From: a virus
Lineage: Duplodnaviria; Caudoviricetes
Strand: one strand, 5' to 3'
Virus record (IMG/VR): IMGVR_UViG_3300025138_000057
Location: 1-52,500 of that record
Length of the DNA stretch: 52,500 nt
This document shows, piece after piece, positions 43,449-52,500 of the stretch. The notes under the pieces are model-generated. The model saw nothing but the letters and a program-made list of their open reading frames with translations, did no database searches and was not told where the DNA came from. Both the position numbers and the translations under genes were made by a program. How positions within the stretch are numbered: position 1 is the stretch's first letter; every line of letters starts with the position of its first letter.

Positions 43449-44054
43449 TTAACAAACAGGACAAGAACCTTTAGAACAAAGAATTTCTCGTATTATGTTA
43501 TTTATATTTGTATAATCGTAAGTAAATGTTTGTTTTCCTTCATTTATAGTACGCATAAAAGAACCTGGGTTTGAAGGGGTTGAGACAAAATCCCAACATA
43601 GTAATTCAAAGTCATCTTGTACTTCCATTACACCTCCTCTATCTTCTAAAGAACCCATTCCTCTAGATGATACACCTACAGTGACACCATTTTTTATTAA
43701 TTCTTTTAATATATTACCTGAAGGGGTAGGTAAGATTTCTATTTTACCTACTACATTGTCTTTATCCCAAAAATATTCTGTTATTAAATGAGATACATTT
43801 TGTAAGTTTATAACTGAAGATTCTGGGTGGTCTAATTCCCCCATTGAACGTCTTTCTTTAATAAGTTCATTATACTTATCCATTTCACGTTGCCATAATT
43901 CTTTAGAATAATATCTACCATTACCATTTTTTACTTCAGCAGAAGCTAAAATTCCTTCAACCATTAAATTGCCCGTTTCTTTATTAACATTTTCAGTCAA
44001 TGTAATAGGGTTATAATTTAAAGTGTGTGTTTCTATTAATAGCTTTTTGTTCAT
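43449..44054 (-). CDS. Prohead core protease (T4 gp21-like)
   Basis: NGNGRYY, GELDHP, VSH, TPSG, GVSSRGMGS, DFVSTPS. Confidence 0.95.
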   Translation of the reverse strand: MNKKLLIETHTLNYNPITLTENVNKETGNLMVEGILASAEVKNGNGRYYSKELWQREMDKYNELIKERRSMGELDHPESSVINLQNVSHLITEYFWDKDNVVGKIEILPTPSGNILKELIKNGVTVGVSSRGMGSLEDRGGVMEVQDDFELLCWDFVSTPSNPGSFMRTINEGKQTFTYDYTNINNIIREILCSKGSCPVC

Positions 44055-44055
44055 A

Positions 44056-45087
44056 TTATACTTCTTCAGTAGTTTCTACCTCATCTACCATTTCTTTTTT
44101 AGCATATTTAGTACCACAAGACTTTTCGTAAATTCTTTCCATTTTGGCTTTCTTTCTTTCCAAATCTTTGATTTCTCTCTGCATTTGTTTCATTTTTGTC
44201 TTGTCAATTAATTCGCTAAGATTTTCATCTTCATTAATTGAAGCAACTCTATCTACTTTTTCTTGGATATATTCGTGTAAATAATCTAGTTGAGCTTCTA
44301 ACTTAACAGCTTCTGCTTCTTTACCAATTTCAGCTAATTTAGTATCAATTGATTCTTTTTTAGATTTTTTAGCTTTTTTCTTTTCGATTTTTTCACCTTT
44401 AGCTACACCAGCACCAAATGCCATTTCTTCACCTTTATCTTTTTTATCTACACCTTTAGCACCTTTATCATCACGTTGAAATTCATCATAGCTCTCTTCA
44501 ACTTCTTCTTCAGCTACCATTTGATTAATAACTGCCCCTTGTTGTGAAGCTATAGAATTAGGATGTCCTGAAGTAATAACTCCTCCCATTAATGATTCTT
44601 TTACTACTTCTTTTATTTTATCAGAATACCCACTAGCAGCATATTTGCCAGATACTTCTCCTGATTTTTGTTCAGTATATCCTAAACCTTCAACTCCAAA
44701 AGCAGCATTTTTTATATAATATTGACCATCCTTAGCTAAATTTTTAGAAACCATTTCTTTAATTTCTTCCATGGATTTATCAGGATTATTTTTAGATTCA
44801 AAATAAACACCATTTAGTACTTCTTGACCGATTTGGTTATCTAAATTTTTAGTATCTTTATAATCATAATTATGATCTTCTATTTCTTCTACAGATTTAG
44901 CTACTTTTTTAGAATCTACTTTTACAGCTTCATCTTCTTTTTCTCTTTTATTTTCTTCAGCTAAAAATTCAGAAAATTTAGTTTCATAATCTGCTTTAGG
45001 TGTAGATTCTAAATTACTAATTGGTTGTAAATCTACATATCCTAAATTTTCATTTACTGATTTAAATATTTCGTTTGATTTTTTCAT
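44056..45087 (-). CDS. Acidic/Lys-rich head-associated protein (343 aa)
   Basis: E/K-rich ORF between portal and protease; KNLAKDGQYY motif. Confidence 0.6.
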   Translation of the reverse strand: MKKSNEIFKSVNENLGYVDLQPISNLESTPKADYETKFSEFLAEENKREKEDEAVKVDSKKVAKSVEEIEDHNYDYKDTKNLDNQIGQEVLNGVYFESKNNPDKSMEEIKEMVSKNLAKDGQYYIKNAAFGVEGLGYTEQKSGEVSGKYAASGYSDKIKEVVKESLMGGVITSGHPNSIASQQGAVINQMVAEEEVEESYDEFQRDDKGAKGVDKKDKGEEMAFGAGVAKGEKIEKKKAKKSKKESIDTKLAEIGKEAEAVKLEAQLDYLHEYIQEKVDRVASINEDENLSELIDKTKMKQMQREIKDLERKKAKMERIYEKSCGTKYAKKEMVDEVETTEEV

Positions 45088-45090
45088 AAT

Positions 45091-45327
45091 TTATTTTTCT
45101 AATAATGTTTCAATATCTTTAAAATAATCGCCAATTAAATCAGTTCCTATAAATACCCCAAAACTTTCTGGGGTTTCTCTATAATATTTTATAGTATTAA
45201 TTTTGCCTTGACGCAATAATTTTTTTACATTTTCTAGTTTAAACTCAAGTTTGTCAAACGCTTCAATTCTTTCTTTTTGAAATATTTCGGCCTTATCTTC
45301 TTGTTCTTTTATATTATGGTTATACAT
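45091..45327 (-). CDS. Small hypothetical head-region protein
   Basis: Likely start ATG 45327, immediately after the previous stop (ORF track extends to 45381). Confidence 0.6.
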   Translation of the reverse strand: MYNHNIKEQEDKAEIFQKERIEAFDKLEFKLENVKKLLRQGKINTIKYYRETPESFGVFIGTDLIGDYFKDIETLLEK

Positions 45328-45328
45328 A

Positions 45329-45967
45329 TTAAAAAAGCTTTTTAACTTCAAGCCCCGACCCTTTTTGTACATATGTACCATCTTTTGTTTTGGGAACTAG
45401 TTTGTATTTAAATTGTTTTACATATGCATTATCTTTAACTCCATCTTCTGTTGCCTTAGGTCCTGGACCTAATGTTGCGCCTACATCTTCTTTTGCTAAA
45501 GTATATCCTAATGCCTTATATGCTTTATCATTAGATTTTTGTCCTTTTTTTCTAAAAGCATAGGGAGTTTGATAAGCTCCAGCTCCACCAGAAGTAGATA
45601 TTTCATCAACTTCCCCTTCCATAGTCATTCTTTTATATTCGTCTGGGTATTCATTACGAAGGTGTTTTCTAATTTTATTTCTTAATAATCTAGCTTCTTC
45701 GTATATTTTTCTAAATTCTTCGTCTGATTTAGTTTTTGTATAAACTCCTTTAGCTGTTGAGACTAATTCTTCAACATCATCATTTAATTTATCAAATGCG
45801 GGTAAATCAACTACTTTCCAACCTACTTGACCCGTTTCACTATCAACGGAATTAACTACAAATTTAGTATCTCCATCTTTAGAATAAGATATATCACCAA
45901 CTTTGTAGCCACCTTGTTTAGCTAAATTGGGGGATGGTGCTTCTTTAAGTTTATACTTGTACTTCAT
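45329..45967 (-). CDS. Hypothetical head-region protein (212 aa)
   Basis: EISTSGGAGAYQTPYAF motif; overlaps the upstream gene. Confidence 0.65.
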   Translation of the reverse strand: MKYKYKLKEAPSPNLAKQGGYKVGDISYSKDGDTKFVVNSVDSETGQVGWKVVDLPAFDKLNDDVEELVSTAKGVYTKTKSDEEFRKIYEEARLLRNKIRKHLRNEYPDEYKRMTMEGEVDEISTSGGAGAYQTPYAFRKKGQKSNDKAYKALGYTLAKEDVGATLGPGPKATEDGVKDNAYVKQFKYKLVPKTKDGTYVQKGSGLEVKKLF

Positions 45968-46817
45968 TTGCTACTTTAATTTCTTTTACTAGTTCGTAAT
46001 ATTGTAACAAATCAACTAAGTTATCATTATTAACTTTAGATGTTTTAGATAATTCAACTAGATATTTAGCTACTTCTGTAATTTTAATTTGTGTAGCCTT
46101 ATCTTTAATATTTTTAGCTTGTTCGTTTAAAGTAGTCTTTAATTCATTTATTTTATCATTATAGAAATTTCTTAAACCTGGAGCAGAATCTACTGAGTTT
46201 ATGAATTCTTTAAGTACTTGTTTTTGCTTATTAGATAAATTATCATATTTACTATTAAACTTTTCTAAAAGTACTTTATAAGTAAGAATTCTTAAATCTT
46301 TATCATAAGTTTGAAATTCTTTAAGAACATCATCTTTTACTTCTTTAGTATTAATTTCGTGCTTAGTTAAATATTCTAAAATAGTTATTTTATTATCTAT
46401 AACTTGATTAATGTTAGTATTAATATCTACATTATGGCTTTCAATTAAAGTATATAATGCAGCTAATTCTTTATAACTTTTAATTTTAGCACCAAAAAAA
46501 ACATCTAAATTATAATGTTTTTTAATCTCATTAATTAAGTTGTATTTTTGTTTTTTTAATGAAGCGCGATTAAACCCTTTAGAAGATTCAAGTATAGTGC
46601 TAATTATTATATTAGCTTTTCCTTCATTTAAAACCTTAGATTTTAATATCGATTCGTATAATTTATACTCGCGACCTAAAGAAGTTTTTACGAAATATTC
46701 TTTAAGTATATTAATAGCTGGAGAATCCCCACCTTTTAATGTATCTGCAGTGATTTGACGCACCAATAGTTCAAACAGTATACCTGTATTTTTGTACTTT
46801 GAATGTTTAATTTTCAT
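45951..46817 (-). CDS. Hypothetical protein downstream of portal
   Basis: MKIKHSKYKNTGILFELLVRQIT N-terminus; helical. Confidence 0.7.
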   Translation of the reverse strand: MKIKHSKYKNTGILFELLVRQITADTLKGGDSPAINILKEYFVKTSLGREYKLYESILKSKVLNEGKANIIISTILESSKGFNRASLKKQKYNLINEIKKHYNLDVFFGAKIKSYKELAALYTLIESHNVDINTNINQVIDNKITILEYLTKHEINTKEVKDDVLKEFQTYDKDLRILTYKVLLEKFNSKYDNLSNKQKQVLKEFINSVDSAPGLRNFYNDKINELKTTLNEQAKNIKDKATQIKITEVAKYLVELSKTSKVNNDNLVDLLQYYELVKEIKVANEVQV

Positions 46818-46853
46818 CAAAAAATATATTTAGTTATAAATATGTAAAAAATA

Positions 46854-48755
46854 TTATTTCTTCAATTGGTTTTCATCTAATAATGATGAATCATCTTTAT
46901 CATGTTCGAATACTAATTGTTTTTTATTCATATTTTTAAACATATCTTTATTTTTAAGATAAGTTGTTTGGGCCTGTTCAAGTTTTAAACCAGATTTATT
47001 TGTATCCGTTCTACTATCCCTTGAATCATTTTTATCAGTATCTTTCATACGTTTTGTTCCTAATGGGTCTTTTCCAAAGTTACTATCTTGTTTCCCATGA
47101 TTAGAAATACTATCTTTAGGACGACCCAAATCAGAATCTTTATCATATCCATCAGGTACACTTCCGGGGTCAGAATACATTCTTCCTTTACCATATAATG
47201 AGGCCAAATCATGAGGAGTACCATATGATTTACCTGTTTCAACAGGATCATTTCCTTCTGATTCTATTTGTGCTAATCTGAATTTACGTTTAGCATCCTC
47301 ACGCATTAAATCTCTATATTCATCAAATTGATCTTCTGATAAATGGAAAATATTATCATAAATCCAATCTGAAGGGAGTAAACCTTCATTTTTTAATGTA
47401 GTAGCTAATTCAGTTTTAGATTTCATTAACTCAATTTTTTCTTGTTCAAATATGATAGATGGAGTTTGCATTGATAACTCAAAGTTTACTAATGCTTCAT
47501 CTCTATATCCTTGGGCATATAAATGAACAAGTGCAATTTTATTAAGCTCAGAAACCATAATACGTTGTAAACGTTCAATAGTACGAGCAAATCTAATATC
47601 TTCAGCAGCTAATGTAGCTTTACCTTCTATATTTTCATCGTACCCTAAAAAGGCTTTTGGTACTTTAAGGGCGGCAAATAATTTATCTCTTAAATATTCA
47701 ACATCTTGAATACCGTCATAATCTAAACCTTTAGTAGTATCAATTCTAGTTGTTGCATCGTTACCCCTAACTGGGATGTAAAAATCCTCCATCATATTTT
47801 GCATATTATACTTCAAATTGTACTCTCCAGTCTTTTGGTCTATATGAGGGGTACGTTTCATATTTGTAATAGTTTTCTGCATAAATGCATCTATTTCATT
47901 TGGAGGAATAGAACCTACATTCATATAAAAAATACGTTTTTCAGGTGCACGGGAAATCCTGTGGATTAACATTGCATCTTCCATTAATGTATATTGTTTA
48001 AATAATTTCCTAGCTGGTTCAATATATGAACGACCATAAGGTAAGTAATTAACATCACCAATTAGTCTAAAGTGAGCCATTTCATAATTTTCAAAATATA
48101 TCCCAGGTGAATTATCATTTCCAGCACCTGGTACATTGTACATCCCACTATTAGAATTAACTAAACCATCAGGAGAATATCTATAACGAATTTCTGCTGG
48201 GTTTTCAACATTAAATCCTTCTTGTCTTTCAATATGATATGCAGTGTAAGGGATAACATTATATACACCAAATTTTTCTGATATTTCTAATTTTAGGAAA
48301 AAATCACCATATTTAGACATTTGACGTACCCATGACCACATATTAAATTCTATATTTAATACATCATAAAATAAATTGTAAAGTATTTTTTGTATATCTT
48401 CATTAGATGATCTAATAGATAATACTTCACCCATATCATTTTTAAGAGTCGATTCATCAGCTATAATATCTAAGGCAGAAGCAATAATCGCATCTGTATC
48501 CATTACATCATATTCTGAATATAATTGTGGTCTTAAATATTGATAGTTAAAATTAAATTGTGACCCATAAAGTGAAGTAGGGCTTGTTGAAAAAATTCTA
48601 TTATATCTATCTATAAGTGAATTAGTTTGTAATTCACCACTAGATTGAATTGTATTACTGTCAATTACTTTAATTTGGTTTCCACCTGTATTACGAATAA
48701 TTACATCTGTTGAAAATAATCTTTGTAATCTACTAAATAAGCCTTTGTCTGCCAT
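46854..48755 (-). CDS. Portal protein (T4 gp20-like)
   Basis: LMEDAMLIHRISRAPEKRIFY..VG..P, EDFYIPVRG, DVEYLRDKLFAALKVP. Confidence 0.95.
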   Translation of the reverse strand: MADKGLFSRLQRLFSTDVIIRNTGGNQIKVIDSNTIQSSGELQTNSLIDRYNRIFSTSPTSLYGSQFNFNYQYLRPQLYSEYDVMDTDAIIASALDIIADESTLKNDMGEVLSIRSSNEDIQKILYNLFYDVLNIEFNMWSWVRQMSKYGDFFLKLEISEKFGVYNVIPYTAYHIERQEGFNVENPAEIRYRYSPDGLVNSNSGMYNVPGAGNDNSPGIYFENYEMAHFRLIGDVNYLPYGRSYIEPARKLFKQYTLMEDAMLIHRISRAPEKRIFYMNVGSIPPNEIDAFMQKTITNMKRTPHIDQKTGEYNLKYNMQNMMEDFYIPVRGNDATTRIDTTKGLDYDGIQDVEYLRDKLFAALKVPKAFLGYDENIEGKATLAAEDIRFARTIERLQRIMVSELNKIALVHLYAQGYRDEALVNFELSMQTPSIIFEQEKIELMKSKTELATTLKNEGLLPSDWIYDNIFHLSEDQFDEYRDLMREDAKRKFRLAQIESEGNDPVETGKSYGTPHDLASLYGKGRMYSDPGSVPDGYDKDSDLGRPKDSISNHGKQDSNFGKDPLGTKRMKDTDKNDSRDSRTDTNKSGLKLEQAQTTYLKNKDMFKNMNKKQLVFEHDKDDSSLLDENQLKK

Positions 48756-48778
48756 TGTGTGTATTATTGTTATAAATA

Positions 48779-50350
48779 TTATTTAAGAAGCCAACTAATG
48801 TCTTCTTTTCCTCCCTCTGTGTTTATATGGTAGGGATTATCATTACCACTTGAAAAATGCCCGCCTTGATATGCTGTTCTATTTACAGTTATATTATTTA
48901 ATGCATTTCGGGTTGCATCTAAACCTCTTTGTCTTAATTTTAATGCCGTATCTCTAATATACATAGCAATACCAAATGACATAACTAAATCATCATTATA
49001 GCCACCTTGGGCTTCTGCTCTTCCATTACGCCAAATAAATACTTTCATTTCCTCTATCAATCTTTTAGATTGTATTGTTACTCCCTTATCACCTATATAT
49101 TCTTGAAATTTACCTATAACCATAGGACGTGTTCTAGATGACATTGTAAAACCAGCTACCATTTTAGAGTGGTCTTGATATTTATCAAAATACGAACTAG
49201 CATTTGGGGAGTCACTCCGTTGTGAATAGTAAAGATTAGGGTAATTTCTATCTATCGCTACTTGTATAGTTGCCCACCCTATATTAGCATTTTCTATTAC
49301 TAACATAGCCTCATTATATTCAGTAGCTAAACCAACTAATAAATGTCCATATTCTTTTGTACCAATTTGGCCCTTATATTCGGCTACTTGTACATTATTT
49401 GCTACATCTATTACGTGACATGCAGAATAATCTTTTCCATCACCCCGGGATACATCGGCTACTACAATATAATCTCTTGTATAGTCGGGGGATTCCCAAA
49501 CCCATAAATTTTGATCTGCACCTCTTTTTTCTAATGGGTCTTTAATATAAGTTTTTTCATAAAAATCTATATATTCAGAATAAAATACAATATCACCTGA
49601 GGTACTAAAATCACAATCGCACTCTTGTGCCGCCATTCTAGGGTCACCTAATAATTCATCTTGTCTATCTCTCCATATTTGGTCTCTTTCAGGATGAACA
49701 AACCAAGGTAATTTAATTGGTAAAAAATCATTTTCAGATGATTCTGCTCTAGTCCATGTTTGATGAAACCAATTACCAGTACCATAAGGTGTACTTAAAG
49801 CAATACAACCACCACCCGTTGCTAGAGTTTGTTGTGCTGAAGCCCAAATTTCTCCAATATTATCAATAAATGCTGCCTCATCAATTAATAGTAAAGATAC
49901 TGCTTCTGATCTACCTGCATCACTTGAAGCTGAAGTAGCTTTAATTTGTGATCCATTTGATAATCGAAGATTTAATTTATTATTTTCAGCTGCTGTGATT
50001 TTAAGCCATGAAGGTAAATTTTCATACATGAATTTTACCTTTGTTACCATGTTTTTAGCTGTTTCTTGTTTAGTTGCTATACAAAGAATATTTTTATCTT
50101 TATAAAATGTCATCATCCATAAAGAATAACCAGCTGAAAGGGTAGATAAACCTAATTGTCTAGATTTTAATACTATAGAATAAGGATTATCCCTAAATAG
50201 CTTTAGTACTTTTTCTTGAAATGGAAATAAATTAAATTGTATGCGCCCCCTTTGTGGGTGTTGTATATAACAATATTTACGCATAAAATGTACTGGGTCT
50301 TTAGCACATTTTAAATATTCTTGGCGTATTACTTTTTTAAGATTAGACAT
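48779..50350 (-). CDS. Terminase large subunit (T4 gp17-like)
   Basis: KSRQLGLST Walker A, LLIDEAAF Walker B, STPYG, ADVSRGDGKDYS, DDLVMS. Confidence 0.95.
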   Translation of the reverse strand: MSNLKKVIRQEYLKCAKDPVHFMRKYCYIQHPQRGRIQFNLFPFQEKVLKLFRDNPYSIVLKSRQLGLSTLSAGYSLWMMTFYKDKNILCIATKQETAKNMVTKVKFMYENLPSWLKITAAENNKLNLRLSNGSQIKATSASSDAGRSEAVSLLLIDEAAFIDNIGEIWASAQQTLATGGGCIALSTPYGTGNWFHQTWTRAESSENDFLPIKLPWFVHPERDQIWRDRQDELLGDPRMAAQECDCDFSTSGDIVFYSEYIDFYEKTYIKDPLEKRGADQNLWVWESPDYTRDYIVVADVSRGDGKDYSACHVIDVANNVQVAEYKGQIGTKEYGHLLVGLATEYNEAMLVIENANIGWATIQVAIDRNYPNLYYSQRSDSPNASSYFDKYQDHSKMVAGFTMSSRTRPMVIGKFQEYIGDKGVTIQSKRLIEEMKVFIWRNGRAEAQGGYNDDLVMSFGIAMYIRDTALKLRQRGLDATRNALNNITVNRTAYQGGHFSSGNDNPYHINTEGGKEDISWLLK

Positions 50351-50351
50351 A

Positions 50352-50765
50352 TTATTTTACTAAAAGTATAGCACCTATTACAGCTACTATTCCTGCTCCA
50401 GCAGTTAATTTATTTTTTACTTTTTGTTTTTGTAAATCTATTTCTAATTTTTTAGATAATTCTTGGGATATTGATAGTTGATTAGATTTAGTAGATAAAA
50501 TAGAGTTAAAATTATTAATTTTTAATTCAAAATTAGAAATAATACTATCTTTTAAAACAACTTTTTGTTCTAATATTTTAACTTTATCAGTAGTAAGAAC
50601 TAATTCTTCTTTAGCTCCATCACCCGTAATTAAATCTTTAATTACTAATTTTACTATTGGTTTTTTTAATTGAATCGAAGTACTGTCTGTAACGTTCTGT
50701 GAAAAACCTTTCAAGCTCATTATCATTAAAGCTATCAACAGCATCAACCTTGGTATTAATTTCAT
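50352..50765 (-). CDS. Signal-peptide protein with coiled coil and C-terminal TM helix; spanin-like partner
   Basis: Hydrophobic N-terminus ending GFS|Q, coiled coil, C-terminal AGAGIVAVIGAILLVK; overlaps the upstream ORF by 128 bp. Confidence 0.55.
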   Translation of the reverse strand: MKLIPRLMLLIALMIMSLKGFSQNVTDSTSIQLKKPIVKLVIKDLITGDGAKEELVLTTDKVKILEQKVVLKDSIISNFELKINNFNSILSTKSNQLSISQELSKKLEIDLQKQKVKNKLTAGAGIVAVIGAILLVK

Positions 50766-51021
50766 ATCTTAAGTTGTTTATTCTGTTATCTTTAAGATCA
50801 AGTTGTTGATCTAATTTAGTTATTTGATTATTTAATGTGTCAATTTTAAAAGTCAATTCATCATTTTCACTATGTAACGAATCAACTTTTTGCTCTAATG
50901 CTTCTATTTTAGAATTATATTCTTCTATATATTCTTGCTTATCATTTAAAAAACTAAAGACTAGAATACAAGCACATACAATTACAAATAAGTGGTAATT
51001 CTTTTTTAACCATTTATACAT
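50638..51021 (-). CDS. i-spanin-like protein (N-terminal TM + coiled coil)
   Basis: LFVIVCACILVFSFL TM followed by long heptad repeats. Confidence 0.6.
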   Translation of the reverse strand: MYKWLKKNYHLFVIVCACILVFSFLNDKQEYIEEYNSKIEALEQKVDSLHSENDELTFKIDTLNNQITKLDQQLDLKDNRINNLRYEINTKVDAVDSFNDNELERFFTERYRQYFDSIKKTNSKISN

Positions 51022-51028
51022 AATAATT

Positions 51029-51379
51029 TTATTTATCTATAATACTTTCTAACTCTTTTTTTAATTTAGTTTTAGATTTTAATTTACTTAATATAAGTTC
51101 TTTATCTTCACCTTCTGCTTTAGAATACTTTTTAGCTAATGATTTCATCTCACGAGTTAATAAAGCTAATTCTTCAGCTGCTTTAGCTAGACTTTTATTT
51201 TTTTTAATTTCAACATCAGATGGTTCTTTATCTTCATCTTCTTCTAAACTTGCTAATTCATCCTTAAGATCTTTTACAGCAGCAGTAACGTCTTTAACGT
51301 CTTCTACTGATGGGATATCCGCTTCAAGTAATGATATAATTTCTTCTTTAATAAAGGATGCTAACTGTGATTTTTTCAT
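51029..51379 (-). CDS. Acidic/basic head-type protein (116 aa)
   Basis: MKKSQLASFIKEEI..LLEA N-terminus; upstream ATATTTATA motif. Confidence 0.6.
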   Translation of the reverse strand: MKKSQLASFIKEEIISLLEADIPSVEDVKDVTAAVKDLKDELASLEEDEDKEPSDVEIKKNKSLAKAAEELALLTREMKSLAKKYSKAEGEDKELILSKLKSKTKLKKELESIIDK

Positions 51380-51406
51380 TATAATAAGGGTTTTGTTATA
51401 AATATA

Positions 51407-51937
51407 TTAAAGCCCTGTAATATTCAATATTTGTTGAATACGTTCATCTGTAGACCCAGATATTTTTTCTAATTTACCTGCTTTATGACCATGTCTTTTA
51501 ATTAAAGTTGTAATAGTAAAATCAATTAAATCTCTATAATGTTCATCTGTTTCTCTAACTCCATTATCTTCAATATCTATTCCATAAGGAGATATATAAA
51601 AAATATAATCATATTCTCTAATAAATTCACTAGCATAGGTTTCAAATGATTCTTTATCCTGATGGTTTATAGATTTAGCATTTAAAGTAAATGCCATAAC
51701 ATCAATTACAGTTCTATCTGTAATAACATCTGTTTGTATTAATTCAGCACAACGTTCAGCTAAAAATATAGTTTGACCTTTTAATGTTGAATCAGTGTTT
51801 AATGGGATACCTTGTTCCATTAAAAACTTAGAACGTTCTGTTCTAAATATATAATCTTTAAATTGCTTTGTTTCTTTTAAAGCATTTACTAATGTAGTTT
51901 TACCTACACTCATTGTACCACATAAACCTATTTTCAT
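51407..51937 (-). CDS. P-loop NTPase/nucleotide kinase (NadR/AAA_28-like)
   Basis: GTMSVGKTT, ITDRTVID, YDYIFY, EDNGVR. Confidence 0.8.
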   Translation of the reverse strand: MKIGLCGTMSVGKTTLVNALKETKQFKDYIFRTERSKFLMEQGIPLNTDSTLKGQTIFLAERCAELIQTDVITDRTVIDVMAFTLNAKSINHQDKESFETYASEFIREYDYIFYISPYGIDIEDNGVRETDEHYRDLIDFTITTLIKRHGHKAGKLEKISGSTDERIQQILNITGL

Positions 51938-51940
51938 ATC

Positions 51941-52207
51941 TTAATTTCTATAATCTGATAGTTGATTTTTCATTGATTGGTTTTTATAAAATGGAATGCC
52001 CTCTCTTTGACGTCTTATTTCTTTCCATTCTTCTGTTGTTTTTTGTATACCATATAAATAATATTCTGATTTTTTTTCATTCCCCTCTGGAATTAAAGCT
52101 GGTCCATCCCAATTATGTAATTTGCCGTCCCATACATAAGCTATAGTCCCGTCTGCTTTTTTTAATTTTCTTGATTTTGGATATGTTTGTCCTGTTTCTA
52201 TTCCCAT
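51941..52207 (-). CDS. Hypothetical protein with an LHxxDGPA motif
   Basis: GKLHNWDGPALI..EYYLYG. Confidence 0.7.
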   Translation of the reverse strand: MGIETGQTYPKSRKLKKADGTIAYVWDGKLHNWDGPALIPEGNEKKSEYYLYGIQKTTEEWKEIRRQREGIPFYKNQSMKNQLSDYRN

Positions 52208-52224
52208 AATATTATTATTTATTG

Positions 52225-52256
52225 TAAATATACGAAATTTATACGCGTTATCCTAA
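52225..52256 (-). promoter_or_regulatory. Variant Bacteroidota sigma-type promoter (TTAG-N20-TATATTTA)
   Basis: Minus strand TTAG gataacgcgtataaatttcg TATATTTA; same spacing as the other three copies. Confidence 0.55.
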
Positions 52257-52500
52257 TTTTTTAATATATGTTCTGCAACATAAGTCCCTTGTGCACCACT
52301 TACCGTTATACCTCTAGCTGATAAAGCATCGCCTACGAAGTGTACGTTAGGGTACTTAGTGAGTGCTAAATTGGTATAATCGACAAGTGGCTCAGGTGAA
52401 AGATATTTTACTTCAGGTACATAAATACCCCAATCGTCTTTTAATGTTGGAAAAACTTTTTTCATGTCTTCAATAAAATCTAATACATACCAAAAATATG
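52253..52500 (-). CDS. 3' end of an FAD-dependent oxidoreductase (truncated by window edge)
   Basis: Frame is open to the edge; Y.PEVKY..T..PNVHFVGDAL..RGITVSGAQG is the C-terminal GD motif of FAD enzymes. Confidence 0.7.
   Translation of the reverse strand, partial: YFWYVLDFIEDMKKVFPTLKDDWGIYVPEVKYLSPEPLVDYTNLALTKYPNVHFVGDALSARGITVSGAQGTYVAEHILKN

Noticed and set aside
40458-50350. Introns, inteins or homing endonucleases in terminase, portal or capsid
   Set aside because: Genes are uninterrupted and of ordinary length; no LAGLIDADG/HNH/intein motifs seen

Overview
A 52.5 kb, very AT-rich segment of a large myovirus-type (T4-superfamily-like) bacteriophage genome. Essentially all real genes are on the minus strand. 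In transcription order (right to left): end of an FAD oxidoreductase, a P-loop kinase, an overlapping spanin-like pair, terminase, portal, acidic head-associated proteins, prohead protease, scaffold, major capsid, PhoH, fibre/decoration proteins, neck and tail-terminator proteins, and a 1717-aa collagen-like (Gly-Pro-Thr) fibre. Next comes an ~8.4 kb enzyme cassette (GAMT-like methyltransferase, 2OG-Fe(II) oxygenase, beta-propeller+FkbM methyltransferase, TPR+WavE-like, kinase, NTP-transferase+HAD, GT-B glycosyltransferase). It is followed by sheath, tube, tail chaperone, tape measure, hub/lysozyme, an atypical compact family A polymerase, a gp32-like SSB and the start of a probable RecA/UvsX-like gene. 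TTTG-N20-TATATTAG promoters and a Gln-cleaved signal peptide point to a Bacteroidota host (inference). Best leads: (1) a candidate virion-fibre modification system (hydroxylation/glycosylation/methylation of a collagen fibre); (2) a start-less 97-codon ORF reachable only by a +1/-2 frameshift at a U7 run in the tail chaperone gene; (3) a family A polymerase with substituted steric-gate and motif B/C residues; (4) two structured 5' leaders that share a 10-mer; (5) a recurrent ATATTTATA candidate late promoter. All family calls come from motif recognition by eye; no searches were run.
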